Positions 1 through 10,400 of a stretch of 64,000 nt of DNA are shown one piece after another. Numbering within the stretch: position 1 is the first letter of the stretch; each line of letters opens with the position of its first letter. The translations under genes were made by a program, and so were the position numbers. The DNA is taken from positions 1 through 64,000 of the forward strand of contig CDRNVI010000007.1 of NCBI GenBank assembly GCA_977017575.1. The letters are read 5' to 3'. The DNA is from Paramoeba atlantica. Lineage: Eukaryota > Protista > Discosea. The notes beneath the pieces are model-generated. The model was not told where the DNA came from, made no database searches, and saw only the letters and a program-made list of their open reading frames with translations.

Positions 1-18
1 AGCGACTGGTTCCCGGGT

Positions 19-1890
19 ATGCTGCTTAACCCAGCAGAGAACGAGGCGCATAGGACGGAGGAGTCAGACGTGGGGGCAGACACCCTGGTCATGTTTTTTC
101 CTGCAGAAAGTGCATGGTTGTGGTGGACGCACACATCCACTTTCGAAGAAATATATCGCCCCCTTGAGGACATCAATGTGGAGGAAGTAGCCTCTCGACT
201 GAGTACGGAACAATCAAGAGACGAGCTTCTTTATGCTTACGGGCAAGCCGTAGCATCACAGAGTGCGGAAAAAGCTGACTCTGATGAACACGACCAGAAG
301 GGCACGTATACTGAGGTGTCGCCCTCGGAATTTTGTCTCGAAACGTCCCCTTCACTGTCTCCGACACGTCATGCTGCTCCTACTGATGCATTTGGGCAAG
401 CCGCATCGTCACAAAGTACGGAAAAAGCTGCTTGTGACGAACAAGAGCAGAAGGGCACGGATATCGAGGTGTCGTCGTCGGAGCTTCAGTTAGAGACAGA
501 ACATCCCCCTTCACAGACTCCGACACGTCACGCTGCTCCTACTGAGGAAAGCCTCGTCCAAGATACAAACACGTCTGATGGGTCACCGAAACCCGTAAGA
601 ACAAAGCGTGGCGCGAGTGAGCATCAAAATTGTGTAATTTCCCTGAGAAATCAGTGTTTGAAACGAAAATCCGAGCCGTGGGGAAGCGGAAAAAGTGTTT
701 CATCTCGACGACGAGTAGTAGAAATCGACATGAATCAAGCTGCGCAGCGGAAATATGACACTCTCCGCGCCGTGAGCTGTTCGGACCAGATGATACTGTC
801 TGCATTGAACGCCTACCATGAAGAAGACACAGATCCTTCAGGCATGGTCAGTGTCAGGTTTACGCCTCAAAAGAGAGACGCTTTCTGCCATCCCTTTCGC
901 ATCTTGAATGATTTTCTCGTGCAATCCTCACCCTCCTTAGGTCTATCGGCAACCCCAAGCGATGACTCCGAGCTCTCGATTCATTTCCCTCCTCCACACG
1001 ATTTCCCATTTCACACCCTACGGGATGCCCTCTTTCCTTCCTTCCGAGTTTTATTAAAAAACCGAAAACCCCCACCTACCTCCCCCAAACTCCACATCGC
1101 ATTTCCCACCCTCCCCATCCCCCCTTTGCACAAACGAAGCCAACAACCACCCGATCATCCCACCTATACGAGTCAAACCATAACAGCAACAGCAACAGCA
1201 ACAACAAATGTGCTATCCCAGGCACCCCACCCCCTCACTGCTCCTTTATCCCCACAACCGGGTTCATCCCATCCTACCCCACAAGGGGAGAAGAATAAGA
1301 ACAAGAACAATAACTTAACTCCCTCTGCAGGACTTAACCGTACGAATAATGGCTTAACTCCCGCTACAGCACTTAACACGAATAACGACTTAACTCCCCT
1401 TGCAGCAGTTAACCATACGAATAATGGCTTAACTCCCGCTACAGCACTTAACACGAATAACGACTTAACTCCCCTTGCAGCACTTAGCCATACGAATAAC
1501 GACTTAACTCCTGCAGGACTTAACAACAGTAACGACTTAACTCCCTCTGCAGCACTTAACCATACGAATAACGACTTAACTCCTGCAGGACTTCACAACC
1601 GTAACGACTTAACTCCCTCTGCAGCACTTAACCATACGAATAGCGACCTAAGTCTCTCTACAGGACTTAACAACCGTAACGACTTAACTCCCTCTGCAGC
1701 ACTTGACAACAGCAATACCATAACTCCCCTTACCCCACGGATCCCCCAGCCCTCTTCGGTCTCCACAGCGGGGACACGCCCCTCCTCGGTGGATCCCCCG
1801 TACTGCGGTGGCCGCTGCGTGGGGGGGAGGGGGGGGAGGGGGAGGCAGGGGGGGGCACGGGGGGGAGGGCGGCGGTACGGTTTTACGTGA
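19..1890 (+). CDS. Hypothetical low-complexity protein with internal repeats; probably continues into 1808..2434 across a frameshift
   Basis: 623-aa ORF on the host-gene strand; no recognisable domain; ends inside G-homopolymer runs. Confidence 0.5.
   Translation: MLLNPAENEAHRTEESDVGADTLVMFFPAESAWLWWTHTSTFEEIYRPLEDINVEEVASRLSTEQSRDELLYAYGQAVASQSAEKADSDEHDQKGTYTEVSPSEFCLETSPSLSPTRHAAPTDAFGQAASSQSTEKAACDEQEQKGTDIEVSSSELQLETEHPPSQTPTRHAAPTEESLVQDTNTSDGSPKPVRTKRGASEHQNCVISLRNQCLKRKSEPWGSGKSVSSRRRVVEIDMNQAAQRKYDTLRAVSCSDQMILSALNAYHEEDTDPSGMVSVRFTPQKRDAFCHPFRILNDFLVQSSPSLGLSATPSDDSELSIHFPPPHDFPFHTLRDALFPSFRVLLKNRKPPPTSPKLHIAFPTLPIPPLHKRSQQPPDHPTYTSQTITATATATTNVLSQAPHPLTAPLSPQPGSSHPTPQGEKNKNKNNNLTPSAGLNRTNNGLTPATALNTNNDLTPLAAVNHTNNGLTPATALNTNNDLTPLAALSHTNNDLTPAGLNNSNDLTPSAALNHTNNDLTPAGLHNRNDLTPSAALNHTNSDLSLSTGLNNRNDLTPSAALDNSNTITPLTPRIPQPSSVSTAGTRPSSVDPPYCGGRCVGGRGGRGRQGGARGGGRRYGFT
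241..546 (+). repeat. Diverged 153-bp (51-codon) tandem duplication
   Basis: gggcaagccg...ccgacacgtcatgctgctcctactga begins at 241 and again at 394. Confidence 0.85.
1310..1725 (+). repeat. Coding minisatellite (NNDLTPxAxL units)
   Basis: About 10 copies of a(a/c)gacttaactcc with 33-42 bp spacing, all in frame. Confidence 0.9.
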
Positions 1891-2434
1891 GACACGCGTA
1901 TGGGGAGAGGCCGTGGGGGGAGAGGGGGGGTGGGGAGAACCCGGGGAGGGGCGAGAAACGGAAACGGCAGAGGAAGGGTGGGGGGAGCGTGAACACGAAA
2001 GCGTGATGGGGATCGAAACAGGAGAGGGGGGGGAGGGGTTTTCGTCAGAGGGGTCGGGAGGGAGTGGGCGGGGTGGGGAGCGAGGTACGAGTCCAGTGAG
2101 GAAGGGTGAAGAGAGGAAGACCTCGACGAGACGTGGGGAAAAGGGGGGAGGGAGGGTCTATGATGGGGTCGCGGCAACGGTGTACAGCGCGGTTCGGAAA
2201 TACAGGGGAAACGGGGAAGGAGATAAGGGAAAAAGGTTGAGCTCTGCGGATGAAAAGGCGATGGTGAGAAAGCTCGCGTCCCGATGGTGTAGGAACAGGT
2301 TTCGGGAAATGAACGGGAATGTGATTATAGGAAAGCATCGCCTCTCGGAAAGCCTACTTTCGAAAACGCAGCGTTGCAGGTTGTTTCAAGCTGTCAAGGT
2401 GTACTTGAGGCGCCGGAATGAGGAAAACAAGTGA
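1808..2434 (+). CDS. Probable C-terminal part of the 19..1890 gene
   Basis: Overlaps the end of ORF 19..1890 in G runs; the last ~75 aa are complex sequence (RVYDGVAATVYSAVRKY...RRRNEENK). Confidence 0.35.
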   Translation: MAAAWGGGGGGGGRGGHGGEGGGTVLRETRVWGEAVGGEGGWGEPGEGRETETAEEGWGEREHESVMGIETGEGGEGFSSEGSGGSGRGGERGTSPVRKGEERKTSTRRGEKGGGRVYDGVAATVYSAVRKYRGNGEGDKGKRLSSADEKAMVRKLASRWCRNRFREMNGNVIIGKHRLSESLLSKTQRCRLFQAVKVYLRRRNEENK

Positions 2435-2768
2435 AGTTTATCGTGTGTTGCATGTTTTCGTGTAAAATACTTTTTCTTTGCCGCGTGATTGAATTGTAAA
2501 TACTTGCATGGGTAGTGTATAGTTTAGTGCAGAGGGATTGTGTAGGGAAGTAGCCGTGTAATTTTTCTATAGCAAATTTGATTGGACGGTGAATTGAACT
2601 CGATTAATCTTTTACCAATGTATAGCTTTATGATTTGGAACCTGTTAATGATGAAGTCTACGTGTGGAACATTTCCGAGGACAGGTCATCGTAGAACTAT
2701 GCAGTTATGAGAAGTTATGTGAATGGAATGCATTTAAATACATGTAAATCGGAACGAAGTACGCAAAA

Positions 2769-4043
2769 ATGTCCATAGATTTTCCACTGGACGGGATAGC
2801 ACAATGCCTAGCATTTTTACATGCAGAAGAAATCGAACGTTGTCTTTTTGTGTGTAAAAAATGGAAAACCTTTCTTGAGAAGTCTCCACACCCGTGGTTA
2901 CGCGATGTATCGAGTAAACTTCGAACATCTTTTACTTTCTGTGATACGATAGGAAGGAACTCCTTGATTTATGAAACCCCGGGCCATGCTGTTCTCTCGT
3001 CCTCTCAACAAACACACGCAGACCGAATATGTCTTGCAAAGTGTCTCTGTACGCAAGGGCAGCAAAATTTGCTTTCCCTTCCGTCATGTCCTGTTCTTGC
3101 CGAAAATGACCCTTTCGTGTCCTCTTTTTGTCGCGCTGAAAAAAGTCTTGTACATTTTCAACCTTCAATAGGCTCATATAGAGAACTGTTTCATAGGTTA
3201 CGGACTCTTTATGAATCGAATTTTCCAGGCCAAGCCGCAAATAACGTTTTCAAACAAGCCCTGTTTGCCACAAGCACGGATCAAGAAGGCCAATCCCTGG
3301 GCTGTACGCTCACGCCCAACCCGGTCCCTTTTTGGAGCAGTTCATCCTGTCGGGAGGTCGAAACCCAAATCCTAATTTATGCCACAAAACCCAATACACT
3401 TCTCTCTGATATTGAGATTACGTTTTACCAGGAGCTGCGACAAACTGGATTTCCGATTTACTCCTGCGAGAGGATTCGATTTTCATTTGGTTCCTGCTAC
3501 ACCTTTGGGGAGACCAGGGGACGCAAATGTCCAGAACAGAAGCAAAAGACAGACGGAAGAATGGTAGATAATCTTCTACCGAAAAACATACAATGGATGG
3601 GTCATACAAAATGGTTGGCATGCCAACACACCGAGCAGCCGCAGCGGTTCTCCTTTGGGTGTATGCTGCCGTTTGAGTTTGTCCAAATCGAGCTCGCAGG
3701 GCCTCGAACGCTCCAGGTCGATTTTGATAACCAGCCCTATATTTGTATTCGTGAGGCACGAGCCATGGGTTTGTCGTATTGGGATGAAAGGTTCCACAAA
3801 AAGATTCGCGAGTCCATGGCTGGGCAATGGGTGCGTTTTTTACGTTCGAGTAAACATGTCGAATCGAGGCAGAGGAAGCAAGAAGGGAATCGTGCTGCGT
3901 TTTGCTCTCGACTGAAAATGTTTTATTCAACCTTGAAGGAGTTTAATGAAGCATTGCGGTGTGAAAACGTTCCCCATGAAAGACTACGCGACCTTTTACA
4001 AATGCTTGATTCGGATTGTTTGTATTTCGAGCCTGGCCTCTAG
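2769..4043 (+). CDS. F-box protein (plant At4g00755-like family)
   Basis: N-terminal F-box-like FPLDGIAQCLAFL..EEIERCLFVCKKW; motifs STDQEGQSL..TL....FWSS and GFPIYS...IRF recalled from that family. Confidence 0.65.
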   Translation: MSIDFPLDGIAQCLAFLHAEEIERCLFVCKKWKTFLEKSPHPWLRDVSSKLRTSFTFCDTIGRNSLIYETPGHAVLSSSQQTHADRICLAKCLCTQGQQNLLSLPSCPVLAENDPFVSSFCRAEKSLVHFQPSIGSYRELFHRLRTLYESNFPGQAANNVFKQALFATSTDQEGQSLGCTLTPNPVPFWSSSSCREVETQILIYATKPNTLLSDIEITFYQELRQTGFPIYSCERIRFSFGSCYTFGETRGRKCPEQKQKTDGRMVDNLLPKNIQWMGHTKWLACQHTEQPQRFSFGCMLPFEFVQIELAGPRTLQVDFDNQPYICIREARAMGLSYWDERFHKKIRESMAGQWVRFLRSSKHVESRQRKQEGNRAAFCSRLKMFYSTLKEFNEALRCENVPHERLRDLLQMLDSDCLYFEPGL

Positions 4044-4057
4044 TTTAGGGTTAGCAA

Positions 4058-5002
4058 ATGGAACTTCAACAAGGGAAAATCAGGTCCTCTTGTAGACGCG
4101 TGGTCGTAGTTGATCTCTTATTTATTGCACTTTACTTTTTTCACTACGGGATTGACCGAAAGAAACTTGTACATGAATCGCGTATGACTGTTTTTCGTAT
4201 AGACCTTCAATTTGCATTTATTAAATCTTATTTACTACGAAACATTTGGGCATGTAGTTTTCATCCCCTGCAATGTCTCAGACAAATGAAATGGTCTTCA
4301 CGTTTACCACTTAAACTTTCGTTCCGCAGTCAGAGAAGGATTTATCCTCTGAAGATATGGGCTTTGGTGAGTGTATTCGTCGTTGCATTAACACAGCTTG
4401 GAAATCTGTTTGGCGCATCGAATCGATGCGAATTCAAACCGACGGATAACTTGTTTTTAGGGATCAACTTGAACTTGACTCACTTTTCGACAAGTGCATT
4501 CGCTGAGGCTGAATCGCACCTTTTTTCAACTGGGAATGTGGCGTTTGCCGTTTACGGAACGCGGGAAACGTTTATGGAATTCTCATATAATATTGCTCGG
4601 GCTATGAGCAAGAACCCTGAGAGAAGTATTACCGAGGACGCTCGAGTGTACAACGTAGAATCATATGATGAGGAAGTCATCCAAACCATCATTAACGACA
4701 GACCACCTTCTTCGTTCTATGTGCCCTGTAGGATCATAAATTTTCTGAACTCGAGTAAACTTTCTCATACCTTCCGCATTCATTTAAAAGCGATTCTTGA
4801 CCAAGGCTACAACCCCGCCTGTCGTCGATTTTGTTGTGGCAAGCTCATATTTCTGTTTTTATTCTCTCCAGTAGACATCGATGCGATTGAGGATGGGAAA
4901 ATAGTAAAACAACCCGAGGAAATCTTGCTGCACCTTAAAATAAGAAAATTAAAGATCTTTTCCTCCAGAGTAGAACATTTACTGCATCCTATTGTGCTGT
5001 GA
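4058..5002 (+). CDS. Hypothetical protein, possibly membrane-anchored
   Basis: 314-aa ORF on the host strand with hydrophobic segments; no family recognised. Confidence 0.45.
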   Translation: MELQQGKIRSSCRRVVVVDLLFIALYFFHYGIDRKKLVHESRMTVFRIDLQFAFIKSYLLRNIWACSFHPLQCLRQMKWSSRLPLKLSFRSQRRIYPLKIWALVSVFVVALTQLGNLFGASNRCEFKPTDNLFLGINLNLTHFSTSAFAEAESHLFSTGNVAFAVYGTRETFMEFSYNIARAMSKNPERSITEDARVYNVESYDEEVIQTIINDRPPSSFYVPCRIINFLNSSKLSHTFRIHLKAILDQGYNPACRRFCCGKLIFLFLFSPVDIDAIEDGKIVKQPEEILLHLKIRKLKIFSSRVEHLLHPIVL

Positions 5003-5316
5003 TTGGGGTTTGAAGGTTGCCTTAAATCACTGGCTTCGTAGAAGCTACATTTGTATTTGTTGTGCGCCTAGCAATTATATGTTCTTACTGAATGTTTTCT
5101 TTACCTTGTTATGCATACCCTTGTTACACCTTACCCTCTACCTTGCCCTATATCTTACCCTTGTTAAGGTATCTTAGTAATTTTCTGTGTCGTCTTTCGC
5201 AAGTCTTTATGTATGTGTCTATCCTTGTTAAAACCATTATTTTTGTATCGATAGAATTAACATACTTTTTAGAATAATAGACTTTTAATAGAAAAAAATA
5301 GAATCCTTTCGACACC

Positions 5317-6471
5317 ATGAATACAGCAAGTGTTGTAAGCACTGGGATCTGGCTGAACGCAGTGGAGAATATCGTGCGATATACAATCTGGAGGCAGCTG
5401 AAGCAGACCTCATTGCTAATCACAGAAGCTTCCTTTAGCTTTTTGAATGTCTTTAGATACATCAGAACATTTCTTGAGTCGAACAGGCTTTCGCTAAATG
5501 ATATCAGCCGAGCAATTGTTGCAGATTTCTGCTATGGCTTTGTACAGCAAGTACAGCGACTCATTGAGCTTTTCATCACACTACGATGTAATGGAAATAG
5601 AAATTACCTCATCGCTTTAAGCATTGTTGTTATTGAAGCTCTGAAATGTCGAATTTCATTCATTTACCGTGAAGACTTGCACACAACATTCTATGATGGC
5701 TTTTATCAGTTTGTGAGAAATATGAAATCTGTCATTGCAATCCTTTACAAAATGGTCCGACTACCACGCAGATCCATCACTGTAGCGACGAGAACAGACC
5801 CTGAGAAAAATGAAACTGCAGCGCACTGTCAATTGCAGGTTCCACGAACGAACTTAACGCGCAGAACGTACGCTACCGAATACAGTGGAAACGCGAAATC
5901 AGATTTGTCGGCTAACTGCGTTAGTCTAAATGCGTTCATGGTCTCAACCGTGGATCGATTCTACATGATCCGTCCTCTTTTATATTCCATTGTTAATTTG
6001 TCTTGTACAATACGCAACGTACAGAAAAGTGAAGCGAACTGCATAGGCACAGGGTGGGGAGCCTGGGTAGTAATGTTTGTCGCGGACTGCGTAGCCTGCA
6101 CGCTTTCCGAGAACATTGCATCAGGAAAATTTAAAGAGCCCATTACTCTACATGGACATAATACAATTGACGAGTCGCGCAGAGATCTACTCCAAGAGAA
6201 AAAAGAATTCGCTTCGAACTCCAACAATATGCCGCCTTACTTCTGCAACGGAGCATCACAGTGGGAAGTCTTGAGATATCGTCGAATGCTCATCATATGG
6301 AATTTCTTTAAACGACCGTTCTTTAACATCTTTTTTAAAAAAGCCTTGACTGATCTTTGTACCCCAGGAGGCTTTTTCGATGGTATACCTTTACTTGGGG
6401 GCACGATGAAGCAATACATGAAACATTACTTGAGCTTGCTCGACCTATCTTGGTTTATCACAAGCTATTGA
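5317..6471 (+). CDS. PEX16: Peroxisomal/glycosomal biogenesis protein Pex16-like
   Basis: LIELF...LIALSIVVIEALKC, FYMIRPLLY..WGAWVVMFVAD, RRMLIIWNFFKRPFF and IPLLG..MKHYL match the Pex16 motif order. Confidence 0.7.
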   Translation: MNTASVVSTGIWLNAVENIVRYTIWRQLKQTSLLITEASFSFLNVFRYIRTFLESNRLSLNDISRAIVADFCYGFVQQVQRLIELFITLRCNGNRNYLIALSIVVIEALKCRISFIYREDLHTTFYDGFYQFVRNMKSVIAILYKMVRLPRRSITVATRTDPEKNETAAHCQLQVPRTNLTRRTYATEYSGNAKSDLSANCVSLNAFMVSTVDRFYMIRPLLYSIVNLSCTIRNVQKSEANCIGTGWGAWVVMFVADCVACTLSENIASGKFKEPITLHGHNTIDESRRDLLQEKKEFASNSNNMPPYFCNGASQWEVLRYRRMLIIWNFFKRPFFNIFFKKALTDLCTPGGFFDGIPLLGGTMKQYMKHYLSLLDLSWFITSY

Positions 6472-7288
6472 GGAGAACGACAAAGGGGTAAAAAATTGGT
6501 CAAAGTGAGGCATTATTGCGCCTTTTTTGAAAAAAATAAATGCAGATATCTTTTTACGTTTATGGGCCGCTACTACTTATTTCTTTTGATTTCGCTTCTA
6601 AAAAGATGAGTCTTCACATTAATTAGAGATCTTCGCACAGCTGTTTTAAAAGATCTCCCTCGCTGTTTCCGATCTTCAGACCATTGACGACGTCTCCGCT
6701 GAACTTTGGTCAATCTTTTCTTTCTTCATCAAAGCACCCAACGGTCCCATTCCCACGGGATCGTACTGCCTTCTTGAGTATCTCACTCATGCGTTCAACC
6801 GTGTTGGTGTGCACCAAAAATCGTCGACGATTAACTGTCTCATGCCGCAAGTCTTTTCCCAGCGAGCGACTCGCTCGCCAGCCATCAGCGCGCGTTACGG
6901 TTCGGCTTCCAGCAGACAACTTAATTAATTGTGTTATTGTGCGCAGTTCATTGTGATAAACCGTGAAAAAAGTTTGTAGTTTTAATAATCTGACACACTC
7001 TAAAAGAAAACATACTTGTTTCAAACGAATATTTGAAAATTGGAGAAAAATATTTTTTTGGCGCAATAATGATTCACTTTCACCAAAAAATGAGGTAAGG
7101 AAGCAATGTGATGGATAAACTCGTGTGACTTTTGGAGGGCAGAGGTTTATACCATTCGCGTCATAAAGAATTCTTCAAGAAGCGTAAGCTTTATTCTGTT
7201 TTGCTCTCTTTAAATACTTCTTTAGAAGAGAAATAGCTCTTTATAGGGGTTCTTGGTTTTGCATTTTTAAACTCTTTTTACAAAACAA

Positions 7289-8128
7289 ATGTCAGACAAT
7301 TCAGCGGAAGCAAGTCATTTTGCAACTCATTTGCATCAAACAGAGGCACAGTGTCCCCCCAGCTACAGTAGTCGTCGAGGAAAAGTATTTGGAAGTATTT
7401 TTCCTCCGGAAATCGAACTGTCTCAATTTACAGCTGGATTGACAAATGCGCATCCATCTTGGAACTCATCAACTCCTGCTTGCAAGTGGTCTGGAGTTCA
7501 GTGCAAAGATTCGACTAGACCAGAGGAAGTAACAAATATTGAATGGCACCGGCGTGAACTTCAAGGAACTCCAAATTGGAAATACATGCCCCGATCGGTA
7601 TGTTATCTAAACATATTTAAGAATCTTTTGACCGGCGAATTACCACTCGAACTTCTTCCACGCGAATTAGAATTTCTATACTTAGGTTCAAACAAGCTTG
7701 TTGGCTCCTTAGATGTAGAAAATCTTCCTGGTGCTACACTTGAGGCGTATTTATGGTCAAATTCATTTTGCAGCACGCTTGATTTGAGCATTCTGCCTCA
7801 CAATCTCACAGAGCTTTCAGTTTCTCATAACGAGCTCTTTGGTTCCCTTAATATTTGCGCGTTACCACACTCAATGACGGATCTCATACTGAATCAGAAT
7901 GCATTTACCGGTCGCGTTGATCTACGCCAACTTCCTCCTTCCATGAAAGTGCTCAGATTAAATAACAATCAACTTGAACACATAACAGGGCTGGAATCAC
8001 TGCCACCGCAGTTGCAACGGCTAAGTGTTGAACAAAACAAGGAACTTGTAGGAGAGTTTAATAAGGCATTATTTCCTACATCTCTGAACGAATTTAATTT
8101 TCATGAGACCCTTTTGAAGCAAATGTAA
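7289..8128 (+). CDS. Leucine-rich repeat protein
   Basis: Cap WNSSTPACKWSGVQC followed by LP..L..L.L..N.L.G.LD repeats. Confidence 0.9.
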   Translation: MSDNSAEASHFATHLHQTEAQCPPSYSSRRGKVFGSIFPPEIELSQFTAGLTNAHPSWNSSTPACKWSGVQCKDSTRPEEVTNIEWHRRELQGTPNWKYMPRSVCYLNIFKNLLTGELPLELLPRELEFLYLGSNKLVGSLDVENLPGATLEAYLWSNSFCSTLDLSILPHNLTELSVSHNELFGSLNICALPHSMTDLILNQNAFTGRVDLRQLPPSMKVLRLNNNQLEHITGLESLPPQLQRLSVEQNKELVGEFNKALFPTSLNEFNFHETLLKQM

Positions 8129-8560
8129 AGCATACACTCTACGTCTACTAGAGGTAATCTACGTCTACTAAGAGGTAATCGTTTCTCACTTGACAGGCTT
8201 TGATTATTAGACTTTCCTATTTCGATATTAGACATTTCGACGCTGTAATACGGCACAACAGAACGTCAAAGAAAGTATTCTTAAAAATTGATTTTTAGAA
8301 GATAATGCCTCAAAAACTTGTTGACGAGTCAACCCAAACGATGCCACTTCGTTGACAGTACGTTTACTGTCAACTACCTCAAATGAACAACGGGTTACTG
8401 GTCCTCTAGGGCGTTGGGTGAGAATACGGCCTCCTGCCCCTCGGGTAGGGCCTCTATAAAATCCTCTAGTGGTGCCCATCGTGAATTTTTTAGTGTCTCC
8501 GTTGGACATACGCTTACATAAGAAAAATAATAGAAGGTGGTAGAATAGAGTAAAACATGT

Positions 8561-8671
8561 GCCGCGAAGCGGCGCAATTTTTTTTTCCCCTACTTTCTTA
8601 AAAATTTGCACCCCCCCTATTTAATTGTCCTTTTTCCCGAAAAGCGGTGACAATTAAGTAGGGGGGGTACA
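8561..8671. mobile_element. Right end of a MITE (family F) with GCCGCGAAGCGGC hairpin
   Basis: accccccctatttaattgtc...gacaattaagtagggggggtacag followed by TA; homologous to 26781-26844. Confidence 0.65.
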
Positions 8672-8887
8672 GTATATTTATAAAAATTAATGAGAGAGGG
8701 TAGGTGGAAGGACGTGATATACAACACTTTAGCTGATAGGATGAACCAATTTTTTTCGCTGTAAGGATAGATTGTGGGTAAACGAGGATAATAATTATGA
8801 GGTGATCATGACAAATATTTGCTTAAGCGCCCATACAGTATAATGAACCATACAGTATAATGAACCTGAACCATAATAAAGGGAGGG

Positions 8888-10400
8888 CTAAGGTACAAAA
8901 GGTTGATCTGCACTTTCTGGAGAAAATTCTTTAAGATCCATTTCTTCGTCAGAATCTACAGCAGTGTTTTCACCGAAGAACTCGATAGAGCGTCTTGTAG
9001 CTTCCAATATATGCTCAGGCTTTGTCAAAGTTTCTCGTGAGATACTCTCCCCCTATCCTAGCGTTGCCTCAGTACCCCCCCTATCCTAGCGTTGCTTCTT
9101 AGACTGTCTCTTCAAGACTCTCTTGCCGCGAAGCGGCGATTTTTTTTTGACCCCCCCTCCTAGCGTTGCTTTTTCCCAAAACCAGGCAACGCTAGGATAG
9201 GGGGGGGGATAGTACCAACCTTTGTCCAAGATTTTATGTTGGCATGTTTTTGTTGAGAACTATTGAGATTATCGTAGGCGCTTTGAATGCTGTCGAGAAG
9301 TTGGCTTTTGCTAATTTTTGCCCCAGTAGAGCTGGTATCACCGATTCTTTGTGACCGAGCATACAAATCTTGACAGTATTTTAGCAAACAAATTGTTCTG
9401 AAGTGCAATGCTTTTGATTTTAGACGGTTAAACTAACCGACGTCGCATGGCTGAAGACGAGAAGTGCATTTGGCGGGGACATAAACCACGCGCAGCCATG
9501 AAAACAATTTTCCCGGACGGCAGTGATCGATAAATCTATCCCTCGTGGCTTTGGATACATGAACCGAACAGCAATCCAGAAGGAGAACCATCGCAGGCTT
9601 GCGGTCATCTTGTAGAATATGCTGCGTTTGACCATCATAGTAGGGTTTTAAAATACTTGATACATAGTTTAAGAGTGCTCCGGTGGAAATATAATGATTT
9701 TCCGTCTGATATTGCACCGTTTCATAGTAATGCCTGATTTTGGCATGTTTGCATGTCTCTTTCCCGTTCCAAACAACGAAGGGAGAAAGAAGTTTTCCTG
9801 AGAGAGATAAGCCAGCAAGCAATGTGCAGCTTCGTTTGTCAGCTAGGGAAATATTACCGGCCTTATTCCCTTTGTAGGAAGCTCCCCGCTCGGCCAGCTT
9901 ATTATACGCAATTCCTGTCTCGTCTATATTAATAACAAGATCTTCGTTTAAAGTTCCATGTTGGGCATATGAAACATGATAAACGATTCGCAGGAGCATG
10001 TTGCGACCCTGATCCTCCCAATCCAAAGGAAGTGAAGGTTTATGTGTCCGTTTGATAGATTTCATAATTACATTAAATTGTCTCAACCATCTAACAAATG
10101 TGGGTTAAGACGGCGTCCACATTTCTTGTCTTTCGCCTTGAACCTTTTTAAGCTCTTCAATCACGGGCGCTAAACGGGGAGAGTCATCGGGAGTAAGTAG
10201 GGATTCACAAGCTATTCTCCACAGATACGCCTTGCTGACTGGAATTCCAAAAAAGTGACATTCAGAAATACTTTCTTTGATAAATTTTTCGAAGTGCTTT
10301 TTAAGCGATGGTCTGGCATTAGTTCCTGTCATGGCTATTAAGCCTTGGTCACCTTTTTCTTGGCGAAGTTTATGCCAGCCACTGATGTTCTGGTAGGATA
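8888..10400 (-). pseudogene. pogo-like DDE_1 transposase pseudogene
   Basis: NIDETGI, LLLDCCSVH and SRLQPCDVG motifs plus a CENP-B-like HTH; in-frame TAA (10105-10107) and TAG (9433-9435); a MITE interrupts it at 9045-9212; acidic tail ends at 8888. Confidence 0.85.
9045..9212. mobile_element. MITE family A (168 bp), TA target duplication
   Basis: TIR CT(C/A)TCCCCC(C)TATCCTAGCGTTGC flanked by TA on both sides; removing it plus one TA restores the pogo frame (WTKVGISRE). Confidence 0.9.

Noticed and set aside
1593-2177. Antisense Pro-rich ORF, and similar ORFs at 13160..13939 and 13549..13830
   Set aside because: Stop-poor by-products of extreme C/G skew overlapping better-supported genes
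8561-8590. Hairpin plus T-tract as bacterial intrinsic terminators or Helitron 3' ends
   Set aside because: They lie inside TIR-bounded, TA-flanked elements rather than after genes; no TC...CTRR termini or Rep/helicase seen
9433-10107. In-frame TAA/TAG within the pogo ORF as evidence of stop-codon reassignment
   Set aside because: Host genes read long and open in the standard code and end at TAA, TAG or TGA; in-frame stops occur only in decayed TEs
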